32,000 nucleotides of DNA from Pseudoalteromonas tetraodonis (GCF_002310835.1 NZ_CP011041.1:2910001-2942000), one strand, 5' to 3'; positions 6,456-15,351 are shown, numbered from the stretch's first letter. Notes: generated from the sequence alone by a model not told the origin. Numbers and translations: made by a program.

Positions 6456-7813
6456 GACGCAGCCCTCCAAAAGTTTGCATCGTTGCTAGAATGCGTGTTG
6501 TACTTACATCCCAAATAACAAATACTCTGTAAAGATTGGCTATTGTGGGAATGCTTAAAGTCGTTACAAAAATCCATGTTTAGAGAAATTCTTTTTACTT
6601 TTTCTACAGGCCAATAAAAACAAGGGGGTAAAAACTTTAAAATCTTTCCAATTCGGGGTTGTAAAATCACCACCGCATTTTGAATACTACGTCCGCGCAT
6701 AAAGTTCACCGACTTAAACTGAATATTGGCTTTTTCCATAATGTAATTACGGCTCGAAATTGGGTTTTCATCACCTTTATGCAGCACTTCTAAGGTATCG
6801 GTTATGGCAGCCAACCAAGGCGCCATTTTTTCTTCCTCGGTACCAGGCAAAAAGCCAATTGATTCTGCAATTTCAGGGGTATTACGGGTTACAATGACTT
6901 TGTCGTAAATACCTTTTTCAATCACCATCTCTAGCGCACACGCAAGTGCCAGTAAAGTTTTACCACATCCCGCAGGGCCGGTTAAAATAACAAGCTCAAT
7001 AGACGTGTCGAGCAAGGCATCAAGAGCCATTGCTTGGTAAATATTTTTTGGCTTTATTCCCCATGCACTTTGATGCATCAATCGCTCTGCACCAATATCT
7101 TTAATGGTAATATGCTCACCATCATACGATTTAACTCTAGCGGCAAACTGATCGCCATCATCAAGTAAATATTCATTACAAAACACATCAGGAATTAAAT
7201 CTTTAGGGATATGATGAACTGTTTCACGTCCGTGTTGCTCAGTATTACACTGGCCGACATGCTGCCAAAAATCGCCCTCAATTTTTTTATGACCACTGGT
7301 GAGTAAATCAATATCGTCAATTAATTGATCAGTACGATAGTCTTCAACATATTTAAGCCCCGCCCCTTTGGCTTTTAAGCGCATGTTAATATCTTTAGTT
7401 ACTAATATGACTTTTTTATCGCTGTGCTGGTTTTGTAAATGCACCGCACAATTAATAATACGGTGGTCGTTTTCATTGCCCGGCAAACCAGAAATAGAAT
7501 CGGCAAATAAATGGTCGTTTACAATAATTAAGCTGCCTGTCGATCCGCCTTGTTTATTCCTTGGCAGCGCCACACCTTGTAACATTTGTTCGGGAGTTGC
7601 CTGACTCAACACCCCATCAAGGCCACGAATAGCCACTCGCGCATCGCGGCTCACATCGTGTTTTCTATCTTTTATATGATCAAGTTCTTCCAATACGGTC
7701 ATTGGGATAACAACTTGGTGCTCTTGGAATGACAAATACGCGAGGGGTTCGTGAAGTAATACATTGGTATCTAGCACATACATTTTACTATCAAAATTTG
7801 AAGCTTTTCCCAT
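6452..7813 (-). pseudogene. Truncated PIN-PhoH-like gene. The homologous part is 6662-7813 (384 codons), followed by a 69-codon unrelated tail
   Basis: The PIN motifs (VLDTNVL, LEELD, DHRIIN, TKDINMRLKA) and Walker A (GPAGCGKT) are present. Similarity to the paralogue stops at ...RGRSIQNAVVIL, where DEAQN should follow. No frame downstream encodes Walker B or the PhoH C-terminus of about 80 aa. Confidence 0.8.
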
Positions 7814-7916
7814 AGTACTTTCCTTACGTTTTATGATTTTTATGCTATACCCAATAAACTAATCAGTGGTTACTAATAAACTTGATTAATTACTTAGGTA
7901 TAATTTGAGTTTAGTC

Positions 7917-7949
7917 TATTTGTCATAAAAGTCTGTTTTATGACAAATA
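7917..7949. repeat. Perfect 14-bp inverted repeat with a 5-nt spacer, in the divergent intergenic region between the truncated PIN-PhoH gene and rapA
   Basis: Read directly as TATTTGTCATAAAA gtctg TTTTATGACAAATA. Confidence 0.85.
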
Positions 7950-8112
7950 TCATTTAGTTTGAATTTTCCACAAAATCGACGCACTAATGAGCGCTTAGGG
8001 TTGGTAATAATTCATACTTATAAAATTAATTAAAAGTCAGGCAAATAGCGCCTTGCAGTGGTGTTATCTAACAGGTAACATAGCCGCCTTTTTCTTCATA
8101 GACGAGACATAC

Positions 8113-11007
8113 ATGAATTTTTCCTTAGGTCAGCGTTGGATAAGTGACACAGAGTCAGATTTAGGATTGGGCACCGTTGTTGCCATTGATGGCCGCCAAG
8201 TCAGCATTTTATTTCCTGCCAGTGGTGAAAACCGTGTTTATTCTTCTGCAGAAGCTCCGGTAACCCGCGTAGCATTTAATCCTGGTGATGTGATCCGAAG
8301 CGTTGAGGAGTGGGAATTACAAGTTGAGTCTATTGAAGTACAGGGTGAGTTATTGTGCTATCACGGTGAACGTGTTGATAACGGTGAAAAAGCACAATTA
8401 AAAGAAACTTTTTTAGATCACTTTATCAAGTTCAATAAACCGCAAGACCGCTTATTTGCAGGCCAAGTGGACCGTTTTGATCGGTATACTTTGCGCTATC
8501 AAACTTGGTTACATCAGTTTGAACGTCAGCAGTCACCTATTAAAGGCTTAATTGGTCAACGCGCTAATCTTATTCCGCATCAGCTTTATATTGCTCAAGA
8601 AGTCGGTAAACGTTTTGCACCGCGGGTATTACTGTCTGATGAAGTAGGCTTAGGTAAAACCATCGAAGCGGGCATGATTTTACATCAACAAATTATCACC
8701 GGTCGTGCCAGCCGTGTACTTATTGTTGTGCCTGAGAACTTACAACACCAATGGTTAGTAGAAATGCTACGCCGTTTTAATTTACGTTTTTCTATTTTTG
8801 ATGAAGAACGCTGCGACGAAGCGTTTGCTGATTCACCTAATGTATTTGATACCGAGCAATTGGTGCTTACTAGCCTTGAGTTTTTAACCAAGAAAAAACG
8901 CTGGTTTGAACAAGCTACGTTGGCCGACTGGGATTTATTAGTAATCGATGAAGCGCATCATTTAAGCATTAATAACAATAAACCCAGTGCTGAATACCAA
9001 CGTATGGCTGAGCTGAGCCAAGATATTCCAGGGCTAATTCTTCTTACCGCTACGCCAGACCAACTGGGTCATCGTAGTCATTTTGCTCGTTTACAACTGC
9101 TCGACCCAGATCGTTTTTACGACTATGACGTGTTTAAAGAAGAAGAAGCAAACTACAAAGACGTTGCCGAAGCTGCTAATCAGTTATTACAAGAACAAGC
9201 ACTGGATGACAGCGCAAAGGGCACATTAATTGAGCTATTAAAAGAAACAGATATCACCGATATCCTTGAAAAAGCCCAACAAGGCGACCTTGCTGCACGC
9301 AAAGAAATACTCAATATGTTATTAGATCGCCATGGCACTGGACGCATATTATTTAGAAATAGCCGCAGTGGCATTGATGGCTACCCTAGCCGTAAATTAC
9401 ATGCCTACCCAATGGCATTACCTAAGCAATACAAAACAGCAATGACCGTACTGGGTAATATGAGTGGCATTCAAAATGCCGAACTCAGTGCGCAACGTGC
9501 ACTTTTCCCTGAAAAAATATTTCAAGAATTTGAAGGTGAAAGCGCAAGTTGGGGATTATTTGACCCCCGTGTAGATTGGCTAATCGAAACGCTAAAAACA
9601 CTCAAGCGTGAAAAAGTACTGCTTATTTGTGCTAAAGCCGAAACAGCAATTAGCTTGGAGCAAATATTACGTGAACGCGAAGCAATTAAAGCCTCTGTGT
9701 TCCACGAGGGCATGTCGATTATTGAACGTGATCGCGCTGCGGCATTCTTTGCCGATGAATACGATAACGCACAAATATTACTGTGTTCAGAAATTGGTTC
9801 AGAAGGTCGTAACTTCCAGTTCTCACATCACTTAGTGTTATTTGATTTACCACTCAACCCCGATTTACTTGAGCAACGTATTGGTCGATTAGACCGTATA
9901 GGGCAAACACAAGATGTGAACATTCACGTGCCTTACTTTGAAAACACAGCACAAGAAGTACTACTGCGTTGGTATAACGAAGGCTTAGATGCGTTTGAAA
10001 GCACATCAACCACTGGGCAGTTGCTGTATAAAGAGTTTAGCGAAGATTTACTTGAGTACATTGCAGCTCATAATTGTGATGAAGATGAGCTAGATCCACT
10101 CCTTGAGCAAGTAGCACAGAAAAATGCAGTATTACGCAAACAAATGGAAAGTGGTCGAGATCGCTTACTAGAGCTACATTCATCGGGACAAGGTGCTGCT
10201 GACTCACTTGTAGCTGACATTGAAAAGCTCGATAACCAGTTTGAACTGCCAAGCTACATGATCAACGTGTTCGACACCTTTGGTGTAAGCCAAGAAGATA
10301 AAGGTGAAAACACCATTATTTTAAAGCCCACTGAGCACATGTTAAACGCTTCGTTCCCATCGCTAAAAGACGATGGTATGACAGTAACCTTTGACCGCGA
10401 TACCGCGCTTTCTCAGGAAGATGTGCACTTTATTAGTTGGGATCACCCTATGGTGCAAGGCACTATGGATATGATTTGTGATGATGATTTTGGTAGTTCA
10501 TCGGTGGCGTTACTTAAAAACAAAAAGTTACCACCAGGCACCTTTTTTGTTGAGCTAATATTTGTTGCCGAAGCCATGGCACCAAAAGTCCTGCAAGTGG
10601 GTCGCTTTTTACCCCCTACGCCAATTCGTATTTTACTCGATAAGAGCAGTAATAACTTAGGTGAAAATGTTGGTTTTGATGGCTTTAATCAGCAACTATC
10701 TGCGGTAGGTCGTCAAACAGCAAGTAAATTAGCCGGTGCATTGCAAAGTGCGGTTCATCCAATGATCAATACCGCAAAAGACATGGCGCAACAAAAGCTG
10801 GATGTTATTCGTGCCGAGTCATTAGCAAAAATGCAAACATCGTTGAGCGAAGAGCAACAGCGATTAGTTGCACTGAAACAAATTAATCCAAACATTCGCC
10901 AAGAGGAAATTACCTTTTACGATAAACAACGCAATGAGCTCACCGCACATATTGAAAAAGCGCAGTTAAAACTCGATGCGATTCGTTTGATTGTGGTTTC
11001 GCACTAG
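8113..11007 (+). CDS. rapA: RNA polymerase-associated Swi2/Snf2 ATPase RapA
   Basis: The N-terminus MNFSLGQRWISDTESDLGLGTVV closely matches the E. coli RapA N-terminus as I recall it. DEAH-type helicase motifs are present (GLGKT, LLVIDEAHH), and the length is about 965 aa. I chose the ATG at 8113 rather than the track start at 8053. Confidence 0.95.
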   Translation: MNFSLGQRWISDTESDLGLGTVVAIDGRQVSILFPASGENRVYSSAEAPVTRVAFNPGDVIRSVEEWELQVESIEVQGELLCYHGERVDNGEKAQLKETFLDHFIKFNKPQDRLFAGQVDRFDRYTLRYQTWLHQFERQQSPIKGLIGQRANLIPHQLYIAQEVGKRFAPRVLLSDEVGLGKTIEAGMILHQQIITGRASRVLIVVPENLQHQWLVEMLRRFNLRFSIFDEERCDEAFADSPNVFDTEQLVLTSLEFLTKKKRWFEQATLADWDLLVIDEAHHLSINNNKPSAEYQRMAELSQDIPGLILLTATPDQLGHRSHFARLQLLDPDRFYDYDVFKEEEANYKDVAEAANQLLQEQALDDSAKGTLIELLKETDITDILEKAQQGDLAARKEILNMLLDRHGTGRILFRNSRSGIDGYPSRKLHAYPMALPKQYKTAMTVLGNMSGIQNAELSAQRALFPEKIFQEFEGESASWGLFDPRVDWLIETLKTLKREKVLLICAKAETAISLEQILREREAIKASVFHEGMSIIERDRAAAFFADEYDNAQILLCSEIGSEGRNFQFSHHLVLFDLPLNPDLLEQRIGRLDRIGQTQDVNIHVPYFENTAQEVLLRWYNEGLDAFESTSTTGQLLYKEFSEDLLEYIAAHNCDEDELDPLLEQVAQKNAVLRKQMESGRDRLLELHSSGQGAADSLVADIEKLDNQFELPSYMINVFDTFGVSQEDKGENTIILKPTEHMLNASFPSLKDDGMTVTFDRDTALSQEDVHFISWDHPMVQGTMDMICDDDFGSSSVALLKNKKLPPGTFFVELIFVAEAMAPKVLQVGRFLPPTPIRILLDKSSNNLGENVGFDGFNQQLSAVGRQTASKLAGALQSAVHPMINTAKDMAQQKLDVIRAESLAKMQTSLSEEQQRLVALKQINPNIRQEEITFYDKQRNELTAHIEKAQLKLDAIRLIVVSH

Positions 11008-11062
11008 AGAATCTAGCTGTCAGTCGTTAGTTAAAGATCAACTAGCGTGTGCATTGAAAAAA

Positions 11063-11087
11063 GCGCGATATTTATATCGCGCTTTTT
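11063..11087 (+). terminator. Rho-independent terminator after rapA
   Basis: GCGCGATA ttta TATCGCGC followed by TTTTT. Confidence 0.8.
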
Positions 11088-11147
11088 ACTTGAGCCTTTG
11101 CCCTCACTCCACTAAAATAGCGCACTTCAAAATCACTGAGGTCTGCC

Positions 11148-11801
11148 GTGTTAGTTAACTACAATCCCCCTATGAGCCCGTATTTAACTATACTGTTTCA
11201 AGATGATGATTTACTTATTGTAAATAAGCCTAGCGAATTACTCACCGTCCCAGGTAAAGACCCAAAACATGCCGATAGCTTAATAAATCGCGTCAACCGT
11301 GTTTTTCCTAGTGCTAAAATTGTTCACCGTTTAGATATGGCTACCTCAGGCATACTTTGCTTAGCAATGAACAAAGCCGCTCATCGGCATTTAAGTATGC
11401 AATTTCAAGAGCGCGAAACAGCAAAACGTTACATTGCACGAGTATACGGACAACTTGAAACTGAAACAGGCTCCGTTGACTTACCGCTTATTTGCGACTG
11501 GCCGAACCGTCCTAAGCAAATGGTTGATCATGACAATGGCAAACCTTCGCTCACTCATTTTAAAGTCCTTGAACGTGAAGCACAGGCAACCCGTGTAGAG
11601 CTTACTCCTATTACAGGGCGCTCACATCAGCTGCGCGTGCATATGCTAAGCTTAGGCCATCCTATTTTAGGCGATCGCCTCTACGCCCATAAAGACGCAC
11701 TTGCTGCTGCTCCTCGGTTACAATTACATGCACAAATGCTACAACTCAAACACCCTGTAACGGAGCAAGTACTTACTTTTGAAGCTGAGAGCGAGTTTTA
11801 A
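11148..11801 (+). CDS. rluA: Pseudouridine synthase RluA (23S rRNA/tRNA)
   Basis: GTG start. NYNPP...ILFQDDDLLIVNKPSELLTVPGK and the catalytic HRLDMATSG motif are present. The length is 217 aa. Confidence 0.9.
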   Translation: MLVNYNPPMSPYLTILFQDDDLLIVNKPSELLTVPGKDPKHADSLINRVNRVFPSAKIVHRLDMATSGILCLAMNKAAHRHLSMQFQERETAKRYIARVYGQLETETGSVDLPLICDWPNRPKQMVDHDNGKPSLTHFKVLEREAQATRVELTPITGRSHQLRVHMLSLGHPILGDRLYAHKDALAAAPRLQLHAQMLQLKHPVTEQVLTFEAESEF

Positions 11802-11814
11802 CACGGTTTAATCT

Positions 11815-11841
11815 TTTAGCTATTTACAGTAAATAGCTAAA
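11815..11841 (+). terminator. AT-rich hairpin downstream of rluA, a possible weak terminator
   Basis: TTTAGCTATTTA cag TAAATAGCTAAA, a 12-bp perfect stem. There is no clean T-tract afterwards (ctttaag). Confidence 0.35.
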
Positions 11842-11893
11842 CTTTAAGAGCACTACGCCGATACATAAATAAGATTTAAATTAAAAGCTTATT

Positions 11894-12823
11894 ATGTTTA
11901 TTACGCAGATGTTTAAAGTCATTATTACTACTCTTGTGCTTGGCTGTACGTTAATCAGTTTTCAAGCGCTGAGTGCTGAGTATATCGCTCCTCCTCCCTT
12001 TTCAAAAAATATTGATGCGGATATCTCTCGCTTAGCCCAAAGTGATGAAGTAAAGCCTATTTTAGCTGGTGATACTGAGTTTTTAACTTTATACAGTGAA
12101 TATATGAGTGCGAACTTTAGAGGTGTAGTCATACTCATTCCTGACTGGCAATCAACGCCAACAAACAATGCAGGCATGAACTTTTTACGTAAAGAACTGA
12201 ATAACCACGGGTATACCTCTTATGCGATGACAGTGCCTGATATTGATTGGCAAGCAGCTCAAGATGATGCAGCAAAAACGACAAATGATTCCGTGGGCAC
12301 AAATAATAAAACAGCCAACGCAAATACTAAGCCAAACACCAGTACACAAAAACAGCCCCATCATGCTGACTATGTTGAGCAAGTAAATACTGAGGTGGTA
12401 GACAATTACAAGTTAAAACTACTCGCTCGCTACGACGCTTTATATCAGAAGGCTGCGATTGAGTCTGAGAATATTGTTGTTATTGCACAAGGCACCAGTG
12501 CTGGGGTGTTATTGGAGCATTACGCTGAGTTTTCAGACTCAAAAATAAACGCCTTCATTAGTTTGAGCAGTTACCTTCCTAATACAAAACGCAATGCAAA
12601 GTTAAGCCAAATAACATCTTTGGTCACCCCTGCTTTGTTAGATATTTATTTTGCTACAGACAGTAATGATATTTTAATGAATCTTAAAAACCGCCAGCGT
12701 TGGGTTAATCGAAATGCAAAGTTTGATTATCGCCAGCGCCAGCTGTTTGGATTACGCGATGCGCCGCAGCAACATGCGCGGCTAAGCAAAGAAATAGACG
12801 GGTTTTTACGCCGCCTTTTTTAA
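11894..12823 (+). CDS. Secreted hypothetical protein, alpha/beta-hydrolase-like (DUF3530-like; tentative)
   Basis: 309 aa with a signal peptide (…ISFQALSA/EY) and a low-complexity Asn/Thr/Lys-rich insert. The family assignment comes from memory of similar proteins and is unverified. Confidence 0.6.
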   Translation: MFITQMFKVIITTLVLGCTLISFQALSAEYIAPPPFSKNIDADISRLAQSDEVKPILAGDTEFLTLYSEYMSANFRGVVILIPDWQSTPTNNAGMNFLRKELNNHGYTSYAMTVPDIDWQAAQDDAAKTTNDSVGTNNKTANANTKPNTSTQKQPHHADYVEQVNTEVVDNYKLKLLARYDALYQKAAIESENIVVIAQGTSAGVLLEHYAEFSDSKINAFISLSSYLPNTKRNAKLSQITSLVTPALLDIYFATDSNDILMNLKNRQRWVNRNAKFDYRQRQLFGLRDAPQQHARLSKEIDGFLRRLF

Positions 12824-13663
12824 ATACTCGTATGCCGCTTGAATATCTTGGCTTTTTTTAACTGCCACTTCCATCATATGCTTAGGTAAACCTTGCGATA
12901 CCAGTTTATCAGGGTGGTGCTGAGCCATGAGCTTACGGTAGGCTACTTTAATATCACGTTGCGACGCGTCTTTATTTAAACCTAATAAGGCCAATGCCTG
13001 CGAACGGTTCATATCATTACTTGGTGGTACATGATGTCCTGAACCTTCGCGGTAGCTGCTACTTTGACTTTGCTGCTGTTTAAAACGCTGTTGTTGCTGC
13101 CTAAAGTTAAACTCTGCTTGATAACGTTTTAATACAAAGGCAAAGTGTGCTTTAGACACACCTAGCTGCTTACTAACTTCTTGCAGTAATTGCTTTTCTT
13201 GTGCAGCAAGTACCCCGTCAGAAAACGCCATTTGAATTTGAATTTCTAAAAATAACTGCAGTAAATCATAACGTTTAGCAAAACGTTCTTTAAAATCATA
13301 AACCGTATCTTTGAGTGAAAAGTCGCTATCTTTACCTGATTGAAATGCCTGCTGCGCTTCACGGCGCTCTTCGCCTTTTAAGCCCATTTCATCCATAAAC
13401 AGCGTCGCTGCTTTAATGTGGGTTTCGCTAACACGGCCATTCGACTTGGCAATATGCCCCATTACCGCAAAGCAACTCGAAAAAAACAACGCTTGGCGTT
13501 CGTTAACATCATCGCCTTTAAAAAGGTTAGAAAAGCCGCCAGCTTTATCAAAGTCTTTTTTTAAGCTTTTATCAAACATATGGCCTAGGTATAAGCCTAA
13601 AATGGCACCAAATATTTTGCCAAACATAAAACCAAAACAGAAACCGAGAATTTTTCCCCACAT
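12806..13663 (-). CDS. djlA: Co-chaperone DjlA (membrane-anchored J-domain protein)
   Basis: The N-terminal glycine-rich TM segment MWGKILGFCFGF...GHMFDK resembles E. coli DjlA. There is a TerB-like middle region and a C-terminal J domain (YRKLMAQHHPDKL). Confidence 0.9.
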   Translation of the reverse strand: MWGKILGFCFGFMFGKIFGAILGLYLGHMFDKSLKKDFDKAGGFSNLFKGDDVNERQALFFSSCFAVMGHIAKSNGRVSETHIKAATLFMDEMGLKGEERREAQQAFQSGKDSDFSLKDTVYDFKERFAKRYDLLQLFLEIQIQMAFSDGVLAAQEKQLLQEVSKQLGVSKAHFAFVLKRYQAEFNFRQQQQRFKQQQSQSSSYREGSGHHVPPSNDMNRSQALALLGLNKDASQRDIKVAYRKLMAQHHPDKLVSQGLPKHMMEVAVKKSQDIQAAYEYLKKAA

Positions 13664-13696
13664 TTTAAAACTTACCTCTAGTCTTTTATATTTAGC

Positions 13697-14353
13697 TTAT
13701 GGTGCTAATTGTTGGTTAAGAGCCGATAAACGCTCTGGTGTGCCTATATCGTCCCATTGGCCAATATAGAGTTCAGTGGAGACTAAATGTTCATTTAATT
13801 TTTCACGTAGCAAAGGGCCTAATGGCCGAATGCCTGGGGCTAGCCCCTCAAAAAAGTCAGCTTGATAACGCCCTATCCCTGAAAAGGTATACCGCTGGCT
13901 ATTTGTCGGTAAGTAGCTCAGTGCAAAATCGCCATCAGGATTATGCGCAGGGTTTTCAACCAATACAATGTGCGCCTCTTTAGGCTGTAAATGTAGCTGC
14001 ATTAATGCACTGACATCGTAGTCGCTGTAAACATCCCCATTAATCACAATAAATGACTCACCGAGTAAAGGAAGCGCTTGAATAATACCCCCTGCAGTTT
14101 CAAGCCCGCCAGTCACCTCTTGGCTGTAGGTTATGGTTACCCCCCATGCACTGCCATCTGCAAAATAGGCTTTTATTTTATCTCCTTGCCACGCAAGGTT
14201 AATCACAATTTGGCTAATGCCAGCCGCTTTTAAGCGCATAATATGATGTTCAATAAGTGGCTTACCTGCCACACATAACATAGGTTTTGGCAGCTGTGCG
14301 GTGAGCGGCATCATACGTTTACCGCGTCCAGCAGCTAAAATCATGGCCTTCAT
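13697..14353 (-). CDS. murU: N-acetylmuramate alpha-1-phosphate uridylyltransferase (nucleotidyltransferase)
   Basis: The MKAMILAAGRGKRMMPLT nucleotidyltransferase signature is present. An ATGA overlap joins it to the upstream kinase gene. The position beside lptD-surA-pdxA matches Pseudomonas. I chose the start at 14353 rather than the track start at 14425. Confidence 0.85.
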   Translation of the reverse strand: MKAMILAAGRGKRMMPLTAQLPKPMLCVAGKPLIEHHIMRLKAAGISQIVINLAWQGDKIKAYFADGSAWGVTITYSQEVTGGLETAGGIIQALPLLGESFIVINGDVYSDYDVSALMQLHLQPKEAHIVLVENPAHNPDGDFALSYLPTNSQRYTFSGIGRYQADFFEGLAPGIRPLGPLLREKLNEHLVSTELYIGQWDDIGTPERLSALNQQLAP

Positions 14354-15351
14354 AGTTGCTCTCCTTTTAACCGCAGCTGTACTTTTGGTATCACGTAATT
14401 TTTTATCCAATCTGATAAGTCGCAAAGCTCCGGATATTGTGCCGCTACCTCTATTACGTATTCAAGCGTAGGAAGTATATTCGCTAAGTAACCTTTTTTG
14501 CCATCACGTAGGTACAAGCGACAAAAAATCCCCGCCGCTTTTAAATGGCGCTGCAAGCCGGTTAAATCAAACCAATATTTAAATTCTGCAAATGATTCAT
14601 GAGTTATTAAACCTTGGCGTTTAAATTCGTCGTAACCAAACTCAAGTAAGTGAGCAAGCTCGTCTTTAGGCAATTTAAAGTAGCAGTCTCTTAAAAGTGA
14701 GACTAAGTCGTAACATAATGGGCCTTGTACCGCGTCTTGATAATCAATAATCGCCCATTGCTGCTCGCAGCGCATAATATTACGACTGTGATAATCCCGG
14801 TGCATTGTGACTGTGGGTTGCTCAAGCAGTGTATTTATTAGCAGCGCTGTGCTTGTTTGCCAAGTCTGTTGCTGCTCAGCGCTGAGCTCTGCGCTAATAA
14901 AATCATTAACCAGCCAATTTTTAAAAATATCCAGTTCAAGTGCAATAAAATCAAGGTCATACGGATTCATTGACGGCGCGGCTGGAGTTTTTGCCCACTT
15001 GGCACTTAAACTGATCAGTTGCTGGTAATACTCGCTGCGATTGGCATCATCAAGTAAGTCGGCTAAATGGGTGCTACCTAAATCACTTAGAATAAAAAAA
15101 CCTTGCTGCTCGTCACTATGAATAATGGATGGTAATAAAAAACCCTGCTCAGAAAACACCTTATTTAATGCAATATAGGGGACGTTGTTAACTTTTTTTG
15201 GATCGGAGTCCATCACAATAAAGTGATTATTTTCAGCGCTTAACCTATAATAACGGCGAAAACTGGCATCTGCGGTTATTGCATTAAGCGCATAGGATTG
15301 CTCACCAAAGTGAGTATTAATAAACTGTTGTAAACTCTCAAAGCGTGTCAT
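14350..15351 (-). CDS. amgK: Anomeric MurNAc/GlcNAc kinase (aminoglycoside-phosphotransferase fold)
   Basis: APH-type kinase motifs are present (HRDYHSRNIM, IIDYQDA). The length is 333 aa. It is translationally coupled to murU and divergent from lptD. Confidence 0.8.
   Translation of the reverse strand: MTRFESLQQFINTHFGEQSYALNAITADASFRRYYRLSAENNHFIVMDSDPKKVNNVPYIALNKVFSEQGFLLPSIIHSDEQQGFFILSDLGSTHLADLLDDANRSEYYQQLISLSAKWAKTPAAPSMNPYDLDFIALELDIFKNWLVNDFISAELSAEQQQTWQTSTALLINTLLEQPTVTMHRDYHSRNIMRCEQQWAIIDYQDAVQGPLCYDLVSLLRDCYFKLPKDELAHLLEFGYDEFKRQGLITHESFAEFKYWFDLTGLQRHLKAAGIFCRLYLRDGKKGYLANILPTLEYVIEVAAQYPELCDLSDWIKNYVIPKVQLRLKGEQL

Noticed and set aside
6456-6661. Search for transposon/Tn7-like or IS terminal repeats, or an att site, at the accessory-region boundary
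   Set aside because: I found no terminal TGT...ACA ends, no clear multi-copy 20-bp binding-site repeats, and no transposase or integrase in the window. There are only vague similarities (GGGGTAAAAACTTTAAAATC versus GGGGTTGTAAAATCACC). The insertion mechanism cannot be named from this window.
3322-7604. Short ORFs inside the 345-aa gene and the two PIN-PhoH genes (3322-3507, 5377-5589, 6106-6360, 7368-7604)
   Set aside because: These are out-of-frame or antisense shadow ORFs of clearly homologous or well-supported longer genes. They have low-complexity Ser/Ile/Leu-rich translations and no ribosome-binding sites.
7917-7949. Pho box interpretation of the 14-bp dyad upstream of the PhoH-like gene
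   Set aside because: Only one TGTCATAAAA half-site matches per strand. The second direct repeat at 11-bp spacing required for PhoB binding is absent. I kept it as a generic palindromic operator candidate.
12806-12823. 18-nt convergent overlap of the DUF3530-like gene and djlA 3' ends
   Set aside because: Short convergent overlaps are common and there is no associated structure. It is probably just compact gene packing.
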